DNA of 64,000 bases from an uncultured delta proteobacterium (GCA_963816145.1 CAWFJP010000009.1:1-64000); one strand, 5' to 3'; positions 9,304 to 19,890 are shown, counted from the first letter of the stretch. Program-made: numbers and translations. Notes: a model not told the origin generated them from the letters alone.

Positions 9304-9867
9304 ATGAACAGGAACACATTGGGCGGGATTCTCGTGAGCGCGATGCTCGCGCTCGGGTGGCAAACCTCGATGGCGGCCGAGGCGGGCAAGACGGCGGCGG
9401 CCGATCTTAGCCGCAATGCGAATGCAAGCCTGAAGCAGCTCTACGCGAGCGTTCCGGCGGCCAAGTCGCTCGGACCGAAGGCGCTCGCCGTTCTTGTCTT
9501 TCCCAAGGTCACCAAGGCCGGCCTGGGCGTCGGCGGTCAGTACGGCGAAGGCGCGCTGCTCCAGAAGGGCAAGGCAGTCGCGTATTACAACACCGCCGGC
9601 GCATCGTTCGGGCTACAGGCCGGCGCCCAGCAATACAGCTACGCCCTGTTCTTCATGAACGCCCAGGCCCTCGGCCAGCTCGACAAGGCCGAGGGGTTCG
9701 AGGTCGGGATCGGCCCGACCGTGGTCGTGGTGGATGAGGGCATGGCGAAGTCGCTGACGACCACGACTATGAAGGACGACATCTATGCCTTCATCTTCGG
9801 CCAAAAGGGGCTGATGGCTGGATTTGGCATCCAGGGCAACAAGATCACCAAGATCAATCCGAAATAA
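9304..9867 (+). CDS. SYLF/Ysc84 lipid-binding domain secreted protein
   Basis: RBS AGGAGG, signal peptide, VLVFPKVTKAGLGVGGQYGEG, SFGLQAGAQ, QKGLMAG. Confidence 0.88.
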   Translation: MNRNTLGGILVSAMLALGWQTSMAAEAGKTAAADLSRNANASLKQLYASVPAAKSLGPKALAVLVFPKVTKAGLGVGGQYGEGALLQKGKAVAYYNTAGASFGLQAGAQQYSYALFFMNAQALGQLDKAEGFEVGIGPTVVVVDEGMAKSLTTTTMKDDIYAFIFGQKGLMAGFGIQGNKITKINPK

Positions 9868-10089
9868 GCCGGGCGAGCAGCCGGATCGCCCGCTTCCTCC
9901 GGTAGGCCTCCCATTCGGACGAGAGCTTCACTCCGCTGGCCTTGAATCCCTATGGAAACTGACTGATCGAAGGAGTCTTGGTAAAGACACACAAGCCACT
10001 TACGTGCAGCAACTTGCGCTGGGCGCTCGGCGCAGCACTGCTGGGCGCATAGTGGCTTGTGGCATCGCTTGGCTGCAGCGACCGCCCGC

Positions 10090-10258
10090 GCCCGGTACGG
10101 CGGTGACGCAGGAGAACTACTGCCGCGCGGAAAACTCTCGCATGCTTGGCGCCGGCGTCAAGCATGCGGGCAGGGTGAACCGCTGGGACTACTTGCGCAG
10201 CGTCACGCCGCTCGACAGGCAGACGGCGGTGCGGCTGAACGCTCAGATGAGGCTGTGA
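10090..10258 (+). pseudogene. DUF1254-family N-terminal fragment
   Basis: VTQENYCRAENSRM....AGRVNRW...RSVTPLDRQTAVRLN resembles VT.ENF.RAE.DRM...GGVN.F.H.R...PLD.QTVVRMN. Confidence 0.55.
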
Positions 10259-10275
10259 CCGAATGAACCGAGCTT

Positions 10276-11460
10276 ATGCAGAACATCGTCATCGATAAAC
10301 CCTACGAGTTTGTCCCACCGCACCGCGGACGCTGGTGGCCTTGGCTCCTGCAACGCGGTTTGCGCCGCCGCCTGCGGCGGAAATACGGCATCATGGCCGT
10401 GGAGTGTCAGGGCGCGGAAAAACTGCGGGCTTCTCAGGCGCAGGGCCATGCAATCCTACTGGCGCCAAATCATTGCCGGCCTTGCGATCCGGAAGTCGTC
10501 CAGGAATTGTCGCGGCAGCTCGGCGTATTTCCGTACATCATGGCCAGCTGGCACCTGTTCATGCAGGGCTGGCTGCAAACCTTCTTGTTGCGGCGCATCG
10601 GGGCCTTCAGCATCTATCGCGAGGGGATGGATCGGGCCGCGCTCCACATGGCCGTTGACCTCTTGGTGGATGGCGCCCGGCCGTTGCTGATCTTTCCAGA
10701 AGGAGTCGTCACGCGCACCAATGACCGGTTGAATCCGCTGCAAGAGGGGGTCGCTTTCATTGCTCGGGCGGCGGCCAGAAAAAGGGCCAAGGCAACCCCT
10801 CCCGGACAGGTTGTCATTCATCCGCTTGCTCTGCGCTATCGATTCGGCGGCGACGTGCGGCAAAGCGTTGAGCCGGTCCTGAGCGAAATCGAACACCGGC
10901 TTACCTGGCGCCGGCAAAATCACCTCGCCCTGGAGGTCCGAATCACCAAAGTCGGCCAGGCGCTTTTGGCGCTCAAGGAAATCGAATACCTTGGCCAACC
11001 TCAGGGGGGCGCCATCGGCGAGCGCCTCGAACACCTGATCGATGCCTTGCTCGTCCCGCTGGAAAAGGAATGGCTCAACGAGGCACGCCAGGCGCATGTC
11101 GTGGCCCGGGTCAAGCAACTGCGTGCCGCCGTGTTGCCCGACATGGTTCAAGGCGACCTTTCCGAGGCGGAACGGGCCCGCCGCTGGACGCAATTTGCCG
11201 ACATGTATCTGGCGCAACAGCTTTCCTGCTATCCGCCAGATTACGTGGCTTCCCGGCCCACGCCGGAGAGGGTTCTGGAAACGGTGGAGCGTTTTGAAGA
11301 AGACATCACCGACCAGTGCCGAACCAATTCGCCCATGTGGGTGACGGCCACCATTGGCGACGCGATCGTCGTCAGCCCGGCACGCGAACGGGGCGGCGAT
11401 GATCCGGTGCTGCCGGAAATCGAGCGCCAGCTCCAACAGTTGCTGGGAATTAACCAATGA
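10276..11460 (+). CDS. PlsC-family acyltransferase with C-terminal helical extension
   Basis: HX4D motif NHCRPCD, GAFSIYREG, IFPEG. Confidence 0.85.
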   Translation: MQNIVIDKPYEFVPPHRGRWWPWLLQRGLRRRLRRKYGIMAVECQGAEKLRASQAQGHAILLAPNHCRPCDPEVVQELSRQLGVFPYIMASWHLFMQGWLQTFLLRRIGAFSIYREGMDRAALHMAVDLLVDGARPLLIFPEGVVTRTNDRLNPLQEGVAFIARAAARKRAKATPPGQVVIHPLALRYRFGGDVRQSVEPVLSEIEHRLTWRRQNHLALEVRITKVGQALLALKEIEYLGQPQGGAIGERLEHLIDALLVPLEKEWLNEARQAHVVARVKQLRAAVLPDMVQGDLSEAERARRWTQFADMYLAQQLSCYPPDYVASRPTPERVLETVERFEEDITDQCRTNSPMWVTATIGDAIVVSPARERGGDDPVLPEIERQLQQLLGINQ

Positions 11461-11509
11461 GCGGTAAGCCGGCGCGGAGCCCCAGAGACGAACTGGATCC
11501 CCACCGGCG

Positions 11510-11789
11510 GCTGGAACAGTCGCCCGCATGTGAGCAATACTTTTCTGCAACCCTTTCTGAGCTACACGACGCGCACGACGTGGTCGTTCACGCTGCCGAC
11601 GAAAGCGCTTACGACTGGCGAGGCGAGCAGTGGTCCGTGCCCGTCCATGCTCTGGCCTCGAAAGTACTGGAGGTCGGTGACCAGACATTGAGTGTCGGCG
11701 GTGCCGCGCGCTATTGGGCGGAAGGTCCGGATAGTGGTCCCCATGGCTGGGGATTAAGTTTCTTCGTCACGCTGCTGTTTCCCAAGTGA
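11510..11789 (+). pseudogene. C-terminal fragment of a second beta-barrel transporter (same family as 3599-4522)
   Basis: VSNTFLQPFLSYTT then a frameshift to ESAYDW..EQWSVPV....SKV...G....S......RYWAEGPDSGPHGWGL.F.VTLLFPK. Confidence 0.7.
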
Positions 11790-12273
11790 GAAGCCCAGGG
11801 CGAAGTCACCCCACGGAGGCGGATGCGGTGCCAAAGACGCGTGGTTCTCTGGTTTTCGTTGCCGACAGCGCAGCACGATCAACGTCAAGAGGCAAGTATA
11901 TGGCCCGCGGAACGAGTTTTCCGCTTTTAGTTGTCCAGCTGTGGAAGCAAACCTGTGTCGCAGTCCTCAGCTTGATATTAATTTGTCTGAATGCATTATG
12001 CGAGGCTTCAGATCCTGAAGTACCTGAGCGCGAAAGTATTGGTCTCAGGCTGCTGTTCTACGCACCGTTAAGCTCATTGGGTACGATTGTGCAGCGATGC
12101 AAGACCGGACCGCGTTGTTTCGCATCTATGGGGAAACGCCGCATTGATACCGGGAATAAATTAAACAAAGTGCTATCCCTCTTGACCGCGTTTTTGGTAT
12201 ACGCATTGCTGACCATTGGTTCGGAGGCGGTACCCGGAGGGTATCAACCTTATAAATAGGGGGAACATCCAGC

Positions 12274-12750
12274 ATGAAAAAACTGGTCGGATTTTTTGGC
12301 TTGGCTTTTTTGCCTCTAATGGTGGCTTGCAGCTCCGTGGCTGTTACGGAAACATGGCGGCCGACCGCCGTGACCGATTTCAAAAGCGTTGCCGGGAAAT
12401 GGGAGGGACGTCTGATCCCAGACCACTCCTTTACGCAAAACTACGATCGGGCGATTCTCGTCATTGGCGATACGGGGGAATGCGAAACCATCTTAGAGAG
12501 AACCAGAACAACGGCTGCAGGGGGACAAGTGAGCTATAGCGTGATCCGTGTGCTCGACGAGAAAGGAAAGTTAGTTTTGACCGACGGTAAACTGAGCGCG
12601 AAATTCGAGAAGGGCGGCCAAGCGACACTGCAGCTTTATGTGGATCCGGAAAGTGGTGCGCGCATTCTTAAAGCCGACTCTAGAGACTATGAAGGGGTCA
12701 CCTATTCCGCCGAGCTCAAGCGCACTGGAAACTCCGCCTCGGCAAAATGA
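12274..12750 (+). CDS. Hypothetical lipoprotein, paralog of 27322-27774
   Basis: Lipobox MVAC; WRPTAVTDFKSVAGKWEG is shared with 27322-27774. Confidence 0.75.
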   Translation: MKKLVGFFGLAFLPLMVACSSVAVTETWRPTAVTDFKSVAGKWEGRLIPDHSFTQNYDRAILVIGDTGECETILERTRTTAAGGQVSYSVIRVLDEKGKLVLTDGKLSAKFEKGGQATLQLYVDPESGARILKADSRDYEGVTYSAELKRTGNSASAK

Positions 12751-13072
12751 TGATCCATCCCGCAAATAAAACTGATAAAAAAATCAAAAGACTAGATTAG
12801 CTACAACTGCTTGTTGTTCCCAGGCTAAATCTGAAGTGTCACTTTCAAGCAGAAGTGCCGTGTGATATTGCTTCGATTGGCGTCCCCAATCGAAATACCA
12901 TACAGCGCGCACGGATGGTCAATCGGACACGTGAAGATCGATCGGACCGAGCCTATCATCGTCCCCGGGTTCGGGAAGTCGTTTTTTTGTATACGGATCT
13001 TGGTAAGGATGTGATCGAAACGTTGAATGGGAGCGGGCTAAGGACAATGGATTTGGACCTTGCCGTGGGTTT

Positions 13073-15931
13073 TTGATCCCACAAGACAGGAAGAAGGTGG
13101 AAGTGACCGCAAAAAAACCGTTTCCGTTATTGGAGCCGACCGGCGAGCGCTATCTTCCCTGGTTGGAAGAAGCATCGATCGGTTATGAGCACATCCATCG
13201 TTATGCCTATGCGACGCAATTTGTCCAGAACAAGAGAGTATTAGACCTTGCTTGCGGAGAAGGGTACGGCAGTTATCTGTTGGCCAAGACCGCAAAAACC
13301 GTAGTGGGGATCGATATCGACAACAATTCAATTAAGCACGCGCGAAATAAATACCTCAAACAAAACCTTGAATTTAGAGTCGGATCCATCACAGAGATTC
13401 CTATCGACGGTGAAAGGCTTTTTGACGTCGCTATCTGTTTTGAGGCGTTAGAGCACATTGAGGATCATCAAAAGCTTCTAAGTGAGGTGAAGAGACTGCT
13501 TACTCCCGAAGGAGTTTTTATCGTTTCGACGCCGAACAAGACGGTATACACGGATGAATCTCAATTCAATAACCCGTTTCACGTTCACGAGCTCTATTTC
13601 GATGAGTTCAGAGAACTGTTTGAGAAGTATTTTAAGAACGTCAAATTTCTCGGTCAGCGTATCTACTGTAACTCCAATATATGGCCGGTCTTTGCCGGGG
13701 AAGATACCAAAGTTGTCGAGTACGTCGTTGACAAGAATCCGGAAGAGTTCGTTTTTGCCGGCAATGACCAAAAGATACCCCGTTACTTCATCGCTATAGC
13801 CTCGGACGCGGCGCGCGACATTGAAGATATAGGCAGCGCGTTAGTCGATGTGTCTGATGCCTTGCTCAACCAGAAAGATAGCCAGATAGGTCAATTGTCT
13901 GCCGAGAAAGATAGCCAGATCGCAGCCCACGTGAGGGAACAAGAACGACTCGCCGCAGAGATACGTCAATTGTCTGCCGAGAAAGATAGCCAGATAGCGG
14001 CCCACGTGAGGGAACAAGAACGACTCGCCGCAGAAATACGCCAATTGTCTGCCGAGAAAGATAGCCAGATCGCAGCCCACGTGAGGGAACAAGAACGACT
14101 CGCCGGAGAAATAGGTCGGCTAGCAGAAAGCTGTCGTATTGCAGCTAAGCTCCAGGAAAAACTAGAGCAAGACCTGCAAAAGCAGCAATCCCAAATACAT
14201 GAAAGTCAGCAGTTTTTAATCAGAGAGCGAGCGGCAGTAGAGGCGTCGCGAAAGCAGCTGGATGAAAAGGCGGGCCGTATTGCCAGCTTGGAAGCGCTAA
14301 TGCAACAACGCGAAGCCACTCTAAGCCATATTTACAATTCCCACGGCTGGAAAATTCTAACGGCGTATTACGAGCTTCGCAACAAAGCGCTCCCAGCGAA
14401 CACAAAGAGAAGAGAGTTGGCCAAGTATCTATGGGAGTGCTTATGGAAAATTGTGCCGTTCACGCCTTCTAGACCGAGAGGCGCAACAATTGTTACCCGT
14501 CATTCACCTGCTGTTTTCACATGGAGTAACTTTAGTGCAACTCTCGAACACGCGAAAACCTTCGGGTTTGTTAAGACCTACCAAAAGGTTAGAGAAAAGC
14601 TCGTTTATAACGGGTACGCACCTCAAAGCACGAGATCGAGAACTGTCGGACTCATCCCAATCGTGCCGACAGTCATCAAAGAGGAGGATGTCGCAATAGA
14701 AGAAGTGACAGTTTCAGTTGTGATCCCGACAAAGAATGGCGGTAAAGATTTTCGGCGAGTTCTCGCAACCATTGCAAACCAAAAAGGATTCCGAAGGGTA
14801 GAAACTATTGTCGTCGACTCCGGTAGTACGGACAAAACAGTCGAACTCGCAGAACAATCTGGCGCGAAAATCATAAAGATTCTGCCGGAGGAATTCACTC
14901 ATTCATATGCTAGGAATCTTGGAGCCAGCTATGCCACAGGGGAATACCTGCTGTTCACGGTGCAAGACGCCCTTCCTCCATCGGATTTATGGCTTTATGA
15001 GCTCTTCCGCGTGATCAAAAGCAACAACGTTGTCGCAGTGTCGTGTGCCGAATTCCCTTGGGAGAGCGCTGATCTGTTTTACCGAGCCATTACATGGAAT
15101 CACTACAGATTTCTCGAGGTTGACAGGGAAGACAGAATAATGCGGTATGCCGGCAGCGAAGACCACGTGACGCTCAGAAAAAACGGCCAACTCTCCGATC
15201 TCGCGTGCCTAATATCCAAAGACGTTTTTGCTAAGTATAAATACAAGACCGATTATGCTGAGGACTTGGATCTTGGTCTGCGGCTTATAAAAGATGGACA
15301 TGAAATTGCCTTTCTGGGTTCAACGAGAATCATTCACTCTCACAATAGGCCAGCCTTTTATTATCTTAAGAGAGGATATGTGGAGAACGTGTTTTTACCG
15401 CGAATCTTCCCGGATTACCCGACGATGGGAAACCGCCTTGAGCGGGTTATCCCCGATGTGCTCTTTACTCATCGAGTCATAAGATCGATGGTCGAGGAAA
15501 GAACCTGGGATCTCCAATTCCCGTGTAAGACGGATGAGTTTTCGAATAGGATCATAGAGAAATTCCAAGGCACATGGGAGGCACCGTCTACGGTTTCGAC
15601 GCAAATCGTTGATGGCCATCTTTTTGACATTGAATTTCAGGATTTCCTTGGTCGTTTAGCTAAGGACTATCCCGTGGCCAGCAGTGATGCGCGTCCCGGT
15701 GATGGAGATCTGATGGAAGCAGTGGGGAACTTTACTAAGATGATCTTGGCATATATGGGAAACTCGTATGAGTTCGTGGATGACCATATCGCCGAAGAAT
15801 TTAGATTGGCTCTGTATAAAACGTTTGCTTACCAATGTGGCGCAAAGTTGGCGCAATGCTCGCTAAGGAACGATTACGGGGATAGGCGGAAGCTGGAACA
15901 GATTCATGGTGAGTTGACCCGAGGTGTATGA
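13073..15931 (+). CDS. SAM methyltransferase / coiled coil / GT2 glycosyltransferase fusion (WsaE/WbdD-like glycan polymerase-terminator)
   Basis: TGERYLP, EHIHRY, VLDLACGEGYG, FEALEH, STPN; long coiled coil; SHGWKILTAYYELR helix; VSVVIPTKN, VVDSGSTD, ARNLG, VQDA, EDLD. The start may be a GTG near 13103. Confidence 0.85.
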   Translation: MIPQDRKKVEVTAKKPFPLLEPTGERYLPWLEEASIGYEHIHRYAYATQFVQNKRVLDLACGEGYGSYLLAKTAKTVVGIDIDNNSIKHARNKYLKQNLEFRVGSITEIPIDGERLFDVAICFEALEHIEDHQKLLSEVKRLLTPEGVFIVSTPNKTVYTDESQFNNPFHVHELYFDEFRELFEKYFKNVKFLGQRIYCNSNIWPVFAGEDTKVVEYVVDKNPEEFVFAGNDQKIPRYFIAIASDAARDIEDIGSALVDVSDALLNQKDSQIGQLSAEKDSQIAAHVREQERLAAEIRQLSAEKDSQIAAHVREQERLAAEIRQLSAEKDSQIAAHVREQERLAGEIGRLAESCRIAAKLQEKLEQDLQKQQSQIHESQQFLIRERAAVEASRKQLDEKAGRIASLEALMQQREATLSHIYNSHGWKILTAYYELRNKALPANTKRRELAKYLWECLWKIVPFTPSRPRGATIVTRHSPAVFTWSNFSATLEHAKTFGFVKTYQKVREKLVYNGYAPQSTRSRTVGLIPIVPTVIKEEDVAIEEVTVSVVIPTKNGGKDFRRVLATIANQKGFRRVETIVVDSGSTDKTVELAEQSGAKIIKILPEEFTHSYARNLGASYATGEYLLFTVQDALPPSDLWLYELFRVIKSNNVVAVSCAEFPWESADLFYRAITWNHYRFLEVDREDRIMRYAGSEDHVTLRKNGQLSDLACLISKDVFAKYKYKTDYAEDLDLGLRLIKDGHEIAFLGSTRIIHSHNRPAFYYLKRGYVENVFLPRIFPDYPTMGNRLERVIPDVLFTHRVIRSMVEERTWDLQFPCKTDEFSNRIIEKFQGTWEAPSTVSTQIVDGHLFDIEFQDFLGRLAKDYPVASSDARPGDGDLMEAVGNFTKMILAYMGNSYEFVDDHIAEEFRLALYKTFAYQCGAKLAQCSLRNDYGDRRKLEQIHGELTRGV
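13892..14116 (+). repeat. Three in-frame 75-bp tandem repeats (25 aa) in the coiled coil
   Basis: Units start at 13892, 13967 and 14042 and encode QLSAEKDSQIAAHVREQERLAAEIR. Confidence 0.97.
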
Positions 15932-17175
15932 GCATGAAGATCGTTTACCTCGTCCACCAATTCTACCCTGAATGTTATACCGGAACCGAGAAGTTCGTCT
16001 TGAATCTAGCAACTATGATGCAAAAGGCGGGGAACCGGGTAAAAGTTATCACCTACAGTTTTTATGAGGACTCTTTTTATGACCATCGGCGTGGGGAATT
16101 ACTATGCAAACAATTTCTTTATAAGGGGATACCCGTATTGGCCATCAAGCACAAACAGCTCCCGGATGAGCTCCATCACGCAATAGGAAACACGGCCCTG
16201 GCTGAGATTGCCGACGATCTGATCAATGTGGAAAAACCGGACATTGTTCATATAGGACACACGATGCGCGTGGGGGCTTTAGCCCAGGCGTTACAGCCCC
16301 GAGGTATCCCCTACCTCTTAACCCTGACCGATTTTTTCTTGGCCTGCCCGAAAGTGAACCTCATCCCATCCAGGCAACCTCTCTGTAGTGGTCCCGAACA
16401 GGGCGAAGCTTGCGGCAAACTCTGTCCTGAGTTGCAATCCGACTACATCCACCAACGGCTCGCGTCTGCAAGAAATATTCTATTCAACGCACGGATGCTG
16501 GTTGCTCCGTCGGCGTTTGTGGCAAGCGTATTCATGCGGGAGTTCCCCGGACTAGCCGTAAAAGTTGTCCATCACGGTCTTGGTTTTGAGAGGTTGAAGA
16601 GGAATCAGAGGACCTATGCAAACGGTGATCGTATAGTCTTTTGTTACGCCGGGTCCTTTAATCCCCATAAGGGGACGCACGTGCTTGTAGAGGCCTTCAA
16701 GAGATTAAACCCCAGCAACGCTCTGCTCAAAATCTATGGCTCGGGTCCGGACGAGTCTTATGTTAAACGCTTAACATCGATGGCTGCGACAAACGGCAAC
16801 ATTGAATTCTGCGGCGTATTTCCGGAAAGTCAGACAGGTGAAGTCCTCAGTAATGTTGATGTCGTCGTTGTTCCGTCACTCTGCTACGAAAATTATCCCA
16901 TGACTTTACACGAAGCGCTAGCGTGTAACATTCCCGTTGTCGCGACAAATTTGGGCGGCATGGCCGAAAAAATTAAAGATGGCTTTAATGGCTTTCTCTT
17001 CGAGATGGGGAACTCGCGCGACCTGCAAACCGTGCTCGAAGCTATTGTCAGTGATCCTGCGGTATTAAATCGGCTTAAGCGCAACACTAGCGGCATGATG
17101 ATTGAGGGGGTTGAACAGGAAGCTTATAGCTATGCGCGTGCCTATCGAAGTCTCTCGAATGATGGCGGTTCGTAG
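15928..17175 (+). CDS. GT4 glycosyltransferase
   Basis: ATGA overlap with the upstream gene; H.FYP...GTE, TLTDF...CP, HKG, PSLCYENYPMTLHEA. Confidence 0.88.
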   Translation: MSMKIVYLVHQFYPECYTGTEKFVLNLATMMQKAGNRVKVITYSFYEDSFYDHRRGELLCKQFLYKGIPVLAIKHKQLPDELHHAIGNTALAEIADDLINVEKPDIVHIGHTMRVGALAQALQPRGIPYLLTLTDFFLACPKVNLIPSRQPLCSGPEQGEACGKLCPELQSDYIHQRLASARNILFNARMLVAPSAFVASVFMREFPGLAVKVVHHGLGFERLKRNQRTYANGDRIVFCYAGSFNPHKGTHVLVEAFKRLNPSNALLKIYGSGPDESYVKRLTSMAATNGNIEFCGVFPESQTGEVLSNVDVVVVPSLCYENYPMTLHEALACNIPVVATNLGGMAEKIKDGFNGFLFEMGNSRDLQTVLEAIVSDPAVLNRLKRNTSGMMIEGVEQEAYSYARAYRSLSNDGGS

Positions 17176-17298
17176 CGGGAAGCGGTTGCAAAGCATCGTT
17201 TCCGTCGATTTGATATTCGCCTTCCGCGGAGTCTTTCATAAGGTGATTTGATCCAAAAAGAGCGGTCCGAATGGACTTGAAATTTTCGACCCTCGGTA

Positions 17299-18399
17299 TC
17301 AATAGCCCGGAGGGTAATTGGCAAACCATTCGGCTCTAGAGGAGCGCTCGACAACAGTGAAAAAGACGTAATTTGGCTTCCAATCCTCCACCAGTTGGAT
17401 AATTCGTCCTCCGGGTTTAATTCCTTCGCTCCAATCGAGTTGAAGTACCTCACTAAAGGTAGCTGCCATCAACGGTGAAATTACCGTACCGACTGAGTCC
17501 CGTAACCACAGCACTTTCGTTTTATTGAGGGCGCCATCAGAGCTGATCAGCAGGGGCCTCAATTGCACGCCAACCGTAGGGTTACCACCTCGGTGCACGA
17601 CCTGCTTAGTATCAAAGTCATATTGGGTTGTTACTACGGGCAGGTCTAGGGCATAAATGATTGGCTCGGATTCGGCGAAATCTGCCTCAAGTCGGAGAAA
17701 CCTTGCTAGGTCGCCGCCGGCGCGTGGCACAACACGGCTGACTTCATAAGCGCTATCTAATGGCCACCGGAGCTGCCGCGCAACAGTTCCAATCTGTTGA
17801 GCAAAAGAACGAAATGCAATTCCCGCACCTAAGAAATTCCAATGTGTGTCCGTTTTGTAGTAGAGGGGTTCCTTGTGATTAGTCTTCGCTGCTAACAGAG
17901 AAATTCTCGGGTCAACATAATACGTCGTGCCCGCACCGGCAAGCAGAGCATCCGTGGCGTTAGGTGAGGCCGGTTTCGCCCAGGCTGGCAGATGCTCCGG
18001 ATATATCGTTCCCTTGTTCGGCCCAATCAAGATCCTGAATAGTTGTACGCCTTTACTCGAAAGGTACGCATTCCACGCCGCTGTTGCAGCGCCGATTTGT
18101 TGACCAAGCTTTATCTCAGCCTCTGTCGGTGGGCGACGATCCACCGACACCGCTTGAGCATACTGATCCCCCAAGTAAAGCCAACCATCACGTCCGATTA
18201 TTACTTGTTTAGGGTCTGTACTGATACCCAACGGATAAAGAACTTTAGCCAGCCATCTTGATCCAAAATCCATATTGTAAAGAAAGGTTTTTTTCCATTT
18301 GATTGCGTGAAAATTCGGAACAGAAAGAATGTTAGCCACCGGAACTATCAGCAGGCTTAACAAGACTGCGGATAAGAAAATGGCTGTTCGACGCGCCAT
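17299..18399 (-). CDS. algJ: AlgJ/AlgX-like SGNH O-acetyltransferase
   Basis: N-terminal TM, IIGRDGWLYL, PNK..IYPE.LP, YYKTDTHWN..G, RDS. Confidence 0.82.
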   Translation of the reverse strand: MARRTAIFLSAVLLSLLIVPVANILSVPNFHAIKWKKTFLYNMDFGSRWLAKVLYPLGISTDPKQVIIGRDGWLYLGDQYAQAVSVDRRPPTEAEIKLGQQIGAATAAWNAYLSSKGVQLFRILIGPNKGTIYPEHLPAWAKPASPNATDALLAGAGTTYYVDPRISLLAAKTNHKEPLYYKTDTHWNFLGAGIAFRSFAQQIGTVARQLRWPLDSAYEVSRVVPRAGGDLARFLRLEADFAESEPIIYALDLPVVTTQYDFDTKQVVHRGGNPTVGVQLRPLLISSDGALNKTKVLWLRDSVGTVISPLMAATFSEVLQLDWSEGIKPGGRIIQLVEDWKPNYVFFTVVERSSRAEWFANYPPGY

Positions 18400-18410
18400 G
18401 ATGAGACCAT

Positions 18411-19890
18411 TCAGAAGTTAAAGTAGAGGAATACTGAGCTTGTCGATGCCAGCATGAAGTGCAATGCTAACGAAAACAAGATAGCACCGTAAATCAGCTT
18501 TCCAATTCCCAAATCTCCGCTTGCTGATTTCAATTGAATTCTTTTGGCAAATTATCACGAAGGCTCCGATGATGGCCAGATACGTGGGGGCTTGGCCAAT
18601 AAAGCTTGCGGGCAAAAATTCCAAAAGTACATCGGAGAGCCACCCCCCCCAGGCGAGCTCCGATGTCGGGATCGATGCAGCAGTCAGTGTAAAAGCGGAA
18701 TGGATATCAATCATGCCGCGCAGTACACGCGTGGCATCATCCATAGTCTTGGCGCGGAAGAATACCCATGCAACGTTTACAAAGGTAAAGGTCAGCAGCC
18801 ACGCCAACACAGGGTGTAGGGGACAGCGGAGACCTTTCCAGAGGCGATGGATTGCGAGGGCGCAACCGTGCGTTGCGCCCCAGATCACGAACATCCAGGT
18901 TGCGCCATGCCAAAGGCCACCAAGCACAAAAGTGATGAAAACATTTACATAGGAGCGGTATTTTGAGGACCGATTGCCGCCTAGAGGTATGTACAGATAA
19001 TCGCGCAGAAAATTGCTGAGACTAATGTGCCAGCGGCGCCAGAAATCTTGGATGTCCAGAGCCTTGTACGGTGAATTGAAATTTATTGGCAGCCAGATAT
19101 TGAATAGAAGTGATGCACCAATTGCCATGTCGCAATACCCGCTGAAATCGAAGTAGAGTTGAAAAGTATAGGAGAGGCTTGTCGCCCATGCAGTGAAGAA
19201 GGCAAGTTCTTGCCTTCCATCAAATCCGGCATCGGCCCAGATAGCAAAGCTGTCAGCAATAACGACCTTCTTGAACAGCCCAATAGCGAAGATTAACAAT
19301 CCCTTTAAGATATTGGAATTTCGTTTTACCAGGGTCCAGCGCGAGGTAAACTGCGGCATGATCTGGCTGTGATGGACAATCGGACCGGCAATTAAATGCG
19401 GGAAAAAAGTAACGAACAATGAGTAATTCAGCAAGTCATATTCGGCCGTCTCTCCACGATAGCTATCTACTAAATAAGCGATCTGTGTAAAGGTAAAGAA
19501 ACTGATGGCAAGTGGCAGGACGATGTGAGGAAGCGCATAGCTTTTCCCGAAAACCAGGTTGACGTTGCTAAGTAGAAAGTCGGTGTATTTGTAATATCCA
19601 AGAAGCAATAAATTGGCTATGATGCCCGTGGCTAGGACGATTTTCCTGCTGTTAAGGCTAAGAGATTTTTGATGCGCCTGTACAAGCCTAGTCCCGACGG
19701 CAAAGTTCAACAGGATAGAAACTAATATAAGAGGCAAATATTTGACGTCCCAATAGGCATAGAAGAACAAGCTTGCTGCGACCAGCCAGACTTTTCCGGC
19801 AATAAGCAATCGTTTGTGATTTAACCAGAAATAGAGAAAAAACGAAATTGGCAGGAAAACTAAAATAAATTGCCATGAGTTAAAAAGCAT
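18411..19890 (-). CDS. algI: AlgI/PatA/DltB-family MBOAT O-acyltransferase, frameshifted near 18525
   Basis: MLFNS..F, LPLAISFFTF, FFPHLIAGPI, QLYFDFSGY, FWRRWHISLS, GLWHGA. The canonical tail SSVFLYFNF* lies in the +1 frame and ends at 18411. Confidence 0.88.

Noticed and set aside
10456-11688. 410-aa minus-strand ORF
   Set aside because: Antisense shadow of the PlsC-family gene with no recognisable motifs.
63-12750. Integron cassette array
   Set aside because: The genes are small but in mixed orientation. I saw no recurring RYYYAAC...GTTRRRY attC sites and no integrase.
13892-14116. Possible CRISPR array
   Set aside because: The units are contiguous 75-bp in-frame coding repeats with no unique spacers, and there are no cas genes.
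18643-18650. G8 tract in algI as the cause of the frameshift
   Set aside because: The tract reads in frame as WGGW and plausible sequence continues to KNS. The shift is ~120 bp further downstream.
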